Assembly: GCA_964016885.1 (NCBI GenBank)
Contig: OZ024740.1
Span: 287,680,001-287,744,000, forward strand
Length of the DNA stretch: 64,000 nucleotides
Reading direction: 5' to 3'
DNA from: Eledone cirrhosa
Lineage: Eukaryota
Position 1 is the stretch's first letter; every line of letters starts with the position of its first letter. Below, in pieces: positions 54,158 to 64,000 of the stretch. The notes beneath the pieces were generated by a model that was given only the letters and a program-made list of their open reading frames with translations, had not been told where the DNA came from and ran no database searches. The translations under genes and the position numbers were made by a program.

Positions 54158-55657
54158 GTATGTATATGTATATATATATATGTATGTATATGTATATATA
54201 TATATGTATGTATATGTATATATATATATATATGTATGTATATGTATATATATATATATGTATGTATATGTATATATATATATATATGAATGTATATGTA
54301 TATATATATATGTATGTATATATATGTATATATAATATATATATATATATATGTATGTATATATATATATATGTATGTATATGTATATATATATATTTAT
54401 ATATGTTATGTATATATAATATATATGTATGTATATGTATATGTATATATATATATGTATGTATATGTATATATATATATATGTATGTATATGTATATAT
54501 GTATGTATATGTATATAATATATATATGTATGTATATGTATATATATATATATGTATGTATATATATATATATGTATGTATATCTATATATAGTATTTTA
54601 TGTATGTATATATATATATATATATGTAAGTATATATATATATATGTATGTATATGTATATATATATATGTATGTATATGTATATATATATGTATGTATG
54701 TGTATATATATATATGTATGTATATGTATATATATATATATGTATTATATGTATATATATATATATGTATGTATATGTATATATATATGTATGTATATGT
54801 ATATATATATATATGTATGTATATGTATATATATATATATGTATGTATATGTATATATATATATATGTATGTATATGTATATATATATATATGTATGTAT
54901 ATGTATATATATATGTATGTATATGTATATATATATATATGTATGTATATGTATATATATATATATATGTATGTATATGTATATATATATATATGTATGT
55001 ATATGTATATATATATATATGTATGTATATATATATATATGTATGTATAGTATATATATATATATGTATGTATATGTATAATATATATATATGTATGTAT
55101 ATATATATATATGTATGTATATGTATATATATATATATGTATGTATATGTATATATATATATATGTATGTATATGTATATATATATATATATGTATGTAT
55201 ATATATATATATATGTATGTATATGTATATATATATATATGTATGTATATGTATATATATATATATGTATGTATATGTATATATATATATATGTATGTAT
55301 ATGTATGTATATATATATATATGTATGTATATTTATGTATATATATATATATGTATGTATATGTATGTATATATATATATATGTATGTATATGTATGATA
55401 TATATATATATGTATGTATTGTATATATATATATGTATGTATATGTATATATATGTATGTATATGTATATGTATATATGTATGTATATGTATATGTATAT
55501 ATATATATATGTATGTATATGTATATATATATATGTATGTATATGTATATATATATATATGTATGTATATGTATATGTATATATATGTATGTATATGTAT
55601 ATGTATATATCTATATATGTATGTATATATATATATATGTGTGTATGTATATATATG
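50603..55657. repeat. ~5-kb compound TA/TG satellite, recurring unit GTATGTATATGT(AT)n
   Basis: Visible; all long Y/I/M/C/V ORFs here are artefacts. Confidence 0.97.
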
Positions 55658-55659
55658 CT

Positions 55660-56300
55660 TAATAATTCAGCATATATTATAAGATCAATTGCCTGCTTCA
55701 ACTGCATGACCCTGCAAATATCATTCTGACGCACTCTAATAATGTATAGATAAGACAAGCGCGCATGCTACACGGGAGATTGCTTCATGCACTGACTACT
55801 CTAAGCTTTCCTCTTGCTTTATCTTCATAGACTGCCAACGCTTCATGTTTATCTTTATTTTCACTCTTGCTTTTATTTTATTTATTTTATTTTTATCATG
55901 TAACACTTTATTTTTATCATGTAACACTTTATATGTAAATTGCCATGCTATTTCATTTGATGAATGTCACCCCACTGTTGATCAATATGCACATATGTTT
56001 TATGTGTCTCTTGTGTTGAAAAGGAGGTCAAGTATGTTATAAATAACTGCTCCGAAAGAATCCAAACCTCGGTTTGGAGGAAACAATTGTAAACAAATAA
56101 ATGACTTAAACTGAACTTTGATTACTGTAATCTCTATATAACTGCTCTGTATAACAACTGATGTTATTACATTGAGCTATTTATCTTACTGGTAATAGGA
56201 TAGTAATTAAAGACTATCTCTCACTATTTAGGGTTTGTGTATATATAATATATTACCATCAAAGGTTTTATTGCATACATAACCATAAATAGTACCCTTA
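55660..56300 (+). mobile_element. Possible Penelope-like terminal segment with degenerate hammerhead
   Basis: CCGAAAGA-TCCAAACC/GGTTTGGA-GAAA-CAATTG-TA at 56048-56095, between (TA)n tracts. Confidence 0.3.
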
Positions 56301-56302
56301 AT

Positions 56303-57984
<1,682 letters not shown>

Positions 57985-59013
57985 GGGGGAGGGTGCTCTG
58001 AAAGTACAGTAGCTAGAGTCAGAACTGGATGGAAAAAGTTCAGAGAGCTTATATCACTATTAGCCGCTAGAGGGTTCTCCCTAAAAATGAAAGGCAGGTT
58101 ATATGATGCCTGCATACGAACAGCAATGCTGCATGGCAGTGAGACCTGGGCATTGTGTGCAGAGGATATACGCAGACTAGAGAGGAACGAAGCTTGCATG
58201 CTCCGCTGGATGTGCAATAGTAATATACGTGAACGGCAAGCATAAACGAACTAAGGAAAAAATTAGAAATAAGAGGGATCAGATGTTGTTTACTCGAGAG
58301 AAGGCTACGTTGGTACGGTCACGTGATGCGCATGAAAGACGACAGCTGTATAACAAAGTGCAGGGCAATAAAGATAGACGGTAGCCACGGAGTAGGCAGA
58401 CCCAGAAAAACATGGGACGAGCTGATAAATTCCGACCTCACACGCTTACACCTCTCCAAGACAATGTCACTGGACCGAGACCTTTGGCTGGTACTCAGTA
58501 ATAGAGAAGACCCGCCTTACCTAAATACAAAGTAAAAAACCTACTACAGTCAGTAGGGCACCTCTATCAAAACACACCCCCGTCCCACCACCTCCACCCC
58601 ACCCACACCGCCCCTTTCAATGTAAAGTTATGTTGGTCCCACAACATCCAGGCCGAAACAAATGAGATCGTGTAGGTGTCACGACAAAAAACACACTGTC
58701 CACGCTGTAATGTGGCCGTGTAGGCAACAACGGTAAAAAACCTCCCAGCCCCACACTGTAAATGTGGTTGGTGTTAGGAAGGGCATCCAGCTGTAGAAAA
58801 CCCGCCAGACAGTCCACGCTGTAATGTGGCCGTGTAGGCAACACGGTAAAAAACCTCCACGCCCCACACTGTAAATGTGGTTGGTGTTAGGAAGGGCATC
58901 CAACTGTAGAAAACCCGCCAGACAGTCCTATGCGAGCAAGACAACCACTCTTGCCTCAAGTGGGAAAGCCCCCGTCCAAACCCATGCAAGCGTGGAACAC
59001 GGACGCTTAAACC

Positions 59014-59044
<31 letters not shown>
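57985..59044 (+). mobile_element. 5'-truncated RTE LINE, sense orientation
   Basis: [22 protein letters not shown]...; 3'UTR with a ~120-bp internal tandem duplication and (GAT)n tail. Confidence 0.92.
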
Positions 59045-59073
59045 ATATGTGTATATATATATGTATATATATA

Positions 59074-59148
<75 letters not shown>

Positions 59149-59337
59149 GTATATATATATATTTATGTGTATATAGATGTATATGTATATATATATGTAT
59201 ATATATATATTTATGTGTATATAGATGTATATGTATATATATGTGTATATATATATATATGTATATATATGTATATATATATATATATGTGTATATATAT
59301 ATATATGTATATATATATATGTATATATATATATGTG

Positions 59338-59382
<45 letters not shown>

Positions 59383-59678
59383 GTATATATATGTATATGT
59401 ATATATATATGTATATATATGTATATGTATATATATATGTATATATATATATTTGTGTATATGTATAATATATATGTATATGTATATATATATGTATATA
59501 TATATATTTATGTGTATATGTATATATATATGTATATATATATATATTTATGTGTATATGTATATATATATGTATATGTATATATATTTATGTGTATATG
59601 TATATATATATATATATATGTATATGTATATATATATGTATATATATATATGTATATATATGTATATATATATATATG

Positions 59679-59735
<57 letters not shown>

Positions 59736-59913
59736 ATATATGTATATATATGTATATATGTAGTATATATATATGTATGTATATGTATATATGTATATAT
59801 ATATATATATGTATGTATATGTATATATGTATATATATATAATATATATGTGTATATATGTATATATATATGTATATATGTAATATATATATATATATAT
59901 ATGTGTATATATG

Positions 59914-59946
<33 letters not shown>

Positions 59947-59975
59947 GTATATATGTATATATATATGTATATATG

Positions 59976-60026
<51 letters not shown>

Positions 60027-60040
60027 TATATATATGTATA

Positions 60041-60074
<34 letters not shown>

Positions 60075-60094
60075 GTATATTATATGTATATATG

Positions 60095-60132
<38 letters not shown>

Positions 60133-60202
60133 TGTATATATATGTATATATATATATATGTATATATATATATGTATATATATATATGTATATATATATA
60201 TG

Positions 60203-60233
<31 letters not shown>

Positions 60234-60632
60234 GTATATATATGTATATGTATATATATGTATATATATATATATATGTATATGTATATATATGTATATG
60301 TATATGTATATATATGTATATGTATATATATGTATATATATATATATGTATATGTATATGTATATATATGTATATATATATATATATGTATATATATGTA
60401 TATATATGTATATATATGTATATATATATATGTATATATATGTCTGTATATGTATATATATGTATATGTATATATATATGTATATATGTATATGTATATA
60501 TATATGTATATATATATATGTATATATGTATATATATATATGTATATATATATATGTATATATATATATGTATATGTATATATATATATGTATATATATA
60601 TATGTATATATATATATGTATATATATATATG

Positions 60633-60681
<49 letters not shown>

Positions 60682-60942
60682 GTATATATATATATGTATA
60701 TATATATATGTATATATGTATATATATATATGTATATGTATATATGTATATGTATATATGTATATGTATATGTATGTAAATATGTATATGTATGTATATA
60801 TATATATGTATATATGTATATGTATATGTATGTAAATATGTATATGTATGTATATATATATGTGTATATATATATGTGTATATATATATGTATATATATA
60901 TATGTATATATATGTATATATATATGTATATGTATATATATA

Positions 60943-60983
<41 letters not shown>

Positions 60984-61255
60984 GTATATATGTATATATA
61001 TGTATATATATATGTATATATATATATATATGTATATATATGTATATATATATGTATATATATATATATATATATGTATAATATATATATATATATATGT
61101 TATATATATATATATATGTATAATATATATATATATATGTATATGTATATATATATGTATATATATATGTGTATATATATGTGTATATATATATGTGTAT
61201 ATATATATGTGTATATATATATGTATATAGATATGTATATATATATGTATATATA
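59045..61255. repeat. TA/TG compound satellite
   Basis: Visible. Confidence 0.97.
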
Positions 61256-64000
61256 GCATCATCATCAACGTTTAACATCCGTGTTTCACGCTTGCATGGG
61301 TTTGGACGGGGGTAGTCCCACTTGAGGCAAGAGTGGTTGTCTTGCTCGCATAGGACTGTCTGGCAGGTTTTCTACAGTTGGATGCCCTTCCTAACACCAA
61401 CCACATTTACAGTGTGGGTCTGGGAGGTTTTTACCGTGTTGCCTACACGGCCACATTACAGCGTGGACTGTGTGTTTTTTGTCGTGACACCTACACGATC
61501 TCATTTGTTTCGGCCTGGATGGCGCGGCAAACCAACATAACTTTACATAGAACGGGTGGGGTGGGGGTGGTGGCGGGACGGGGTGTATTTTGTTAGAGAT
61601 GCCTACTGGCAAGGCGGGTCTTCTCTGTTACTGAGTACCGCCAAAGGTCTCGGTCCAGTGACATTGTCTTGGAGAGGTGTAAGTGTGTGAGGTCGGAGTT
61701 TATCAGCTCATCCCAGGTTTTTCAAGGTCTGCCTATTCCGTGGCTACCGTCTATCTTTATTGCCCTGCACTTTGTTATACAGCTATTGACTTTCATGCGC
61801 ATCACGTGTCCATACCAACGTAGCCTTCTCTCGAGTAAACAACATCTGATCCCTCTTATCTCTAATTTTTTCATTAGTTCGTTTATGCTTTGCCGTTCAC
61901 GTATATTACTGTTACACATCCAGCGGAGCATGCAAGCTTCGTTCCTCTCTAGTCTGCGTATATCCTCTGCACACAATGCCCAGGTCTCACTGCCATGCAA
62001 CATTGCTGTTCGTATGCAGGCATCGTACAACCTGCCTTTCATTTTTAGGGAGAACCCTTTAGCAGCTAATAGTGGTATAAGCTCTCTGAACTTTTTCCAA
62101 CCAGTTCTGACTCTAGCTACAGTACTTTCAGAGCACCCTCCCCCACTGCTGATTTTATCGCCCAGGTAACGGAAGCTGTCCACTATTTCTATAGAACCCT
62201 CTGCGCAATTGAAAGAGCTAGTATTTTGTGGGCACTTGCTGCTACTTATTGCACCAGAACACCGCCCACATGTAAAATCTATGTTCTTAGTTAGCTTACC
62301 TGTGATCCCACTACATCTTTTATGCACCCATACTTTGCATTTAGGACATAAAAGGGAGTTTCTACCTACGCCTTTCCTACACACCGAGCACGACCATTTC
62401 CCAGAAGGGACCGCCGCCTTGTTTTCTTTCCTACAAACTAGAACTTTGGTCTTAGCCAGGTTAATTTTAAGTCCTTTTGTCTCTAGGCCGTGCTTCCATG
62501 TTTGGAATTTCTTCTCTAGCTCGGCCATTGATTCCGCTATGAGTGTCAGGTCGTCTGCGTATAGGAGTTCCCATGGGCAGCCTGTCTTGAACTCCTCTGT
62601 TATAGCCTGAAGGGCAATAATAAATAGTAGGGGGCCCGAGAACAGAGCCCTGATGGACGCCAACTTTTACGCTAAACTCTTCACTATATTCGTTGTTAAT
62701 TCTAACCTTGCTGACTGTTTCTTTATACATGGCTTGTATAGCCCTCACAAGCCATTCGTCAACGCCTAGTTTTCTAAGAGCCCACCAGATAATGGAGCGA
62801 GGGACTCTGTCGAAGGCTTTCTCCAGGTCGACAAAAGCTAAGTAGAGGGGTTTACCTTTAGCTAGGTACTTCTCCTGTAGTTGTCGTACTATGAAAAGAG
62901 CGTCTGTGGTGCTTTTGCCTGACACAAACCCGAACTGCATTTCATCTAGGTCAATTCTCTCTCTGATTAGTTGCGCTATTACTTTTTCCGTGACCTTCAT
63001 GACCTGGTCGATTAATTTAATGCCTCTATAGTTACTCCTATCTAGGGCATCTCCTTTACCCTTATAACAGTTAACGATGATGCTGCTATGCCAGTCCTTC
63101 GGAACAACCCCATTCTGTACGACTTGGTTAACTATGCGGGTGACCATGGTGTGTCCCACCGTGCCAGATGCCTTCAGCATCTCAGCAACTATTTCCGAAG
63201 GCCCAGCCGCCTTACCCGTCTTCATATCCTTGATTGCCTTACTTATTATACTCCCCTAGACTAACACTGCTGGTCCCTCTATTGGGTCGATATGGGGGAG
63301 ACTGTCTTTCTCCCATTTATTCTCCTCATTTAGTAGCCTTTCATAGTGACACTTCCAAGCTACCTTCTTATCAGTGTCGGTGATGGCAAGTATGCCATCA
63401 TCGCTAAGTACACACTTCTCCCCGACAATATCACGGTTTTCCTTGACGCATTGCCTAGCAATCCTGAACACCTCACGTTTTTGGTCATCGCGTTGTAGAA
63501 CATGCTTGAACTTTCTTTCCTCAGCTTCCCTTCTTGCTAAGTACACTTCTCTCCTAGCTTCCCTCCTGGCCACTTGATAGTCTACTCTGCTTCCCCCATC
63601 CCGCCATACTTTCCAAGCCTGCTTTTTGGCCTTAATTGACCCCTCCACCTTACTGTTCCACCACCATGTTACTCTCCTCCTGCCTACAGGCCTGCTCCAG
63701 CCACAGACTTCGTCTGTCGCCAACAGCAGGTTTGCTTTCAGAAATTCCCAGTGTCCCTCTATATTGTCCGATTCTAGATGCTCTTCCTTACTGTCGAAAG
63801 CATCAAGTAATATGCTTTGAAATTTATTTCTGGCTGTGGGGTCCTTTAGCTTCCATATTTTCCTCCTGAGGATAGTCCTCTTCTGCTGTCGAGTACGTCT
63901 CGTCCTGACTATGAGGTCGCTAATTATCAGTCTATGTTGGGAGGTGCATTCTTCATGGGGGAGGGATTTAGTGTTTACAACAGACACTCTGTCACGTCTT
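61256..64000 (-). mobile_element. Young RTE LINE (end of APE domain, RT, PHD-like finger, 3'UTR), runs off the window
   Basis: ORFs 63256-63987, 62467-63225 and 61722-62663 join into one ORF with an in-frame stop at 63256, a frameshift near 62632 and a stop at 61722; DLEKAFDRV, QGSVL, YADD. Confidence 0.95.

Overview
AT-rich, repeat-dominated eukaryotic DNA. The repeat families (Nin-domain SINEs, RTE LINEs with AGGAAGGGCATCC/(GAT)n tails, very long (TA)n tracts) suggest an octopus or related cephalopod; this is an inference. The only clear host gene is the first coding exon of a WNK kinase (+, 30667-31638), followed by an intron in which I found no exon 2 over the remaining >32 kb. The rest is mostly mobile DNA: a head-to-tail array of non-autonomous Helitrons, an internally deleted Gypsy LTR element, RTE/Tx1/CR1/REL-type LINE fragments, mariner/maT and piggyBac-type remnants, many SINEs, and about 9 kb of TA/TG compound satellite. 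The most interesting items are: (1) a well-formed type I hammerhead ribozyme inside a 516-bp partial tandem repeat (retrozyme or Penelope-like); (2) a foldback MITE carrying a histone-mRNA-type 3' stem-loop in each arm; (3) a tail-to-tail inverted RTE pair and a perfect 22-bp hairpin inside the WNK intron; (4) regulatory short motifs in the WNK N-terminus; (5) a tentative unannotated minus-strand spliced gene left of about 17 kb. Coordinates were counted by hand, and most repeat boundaries are approximate.
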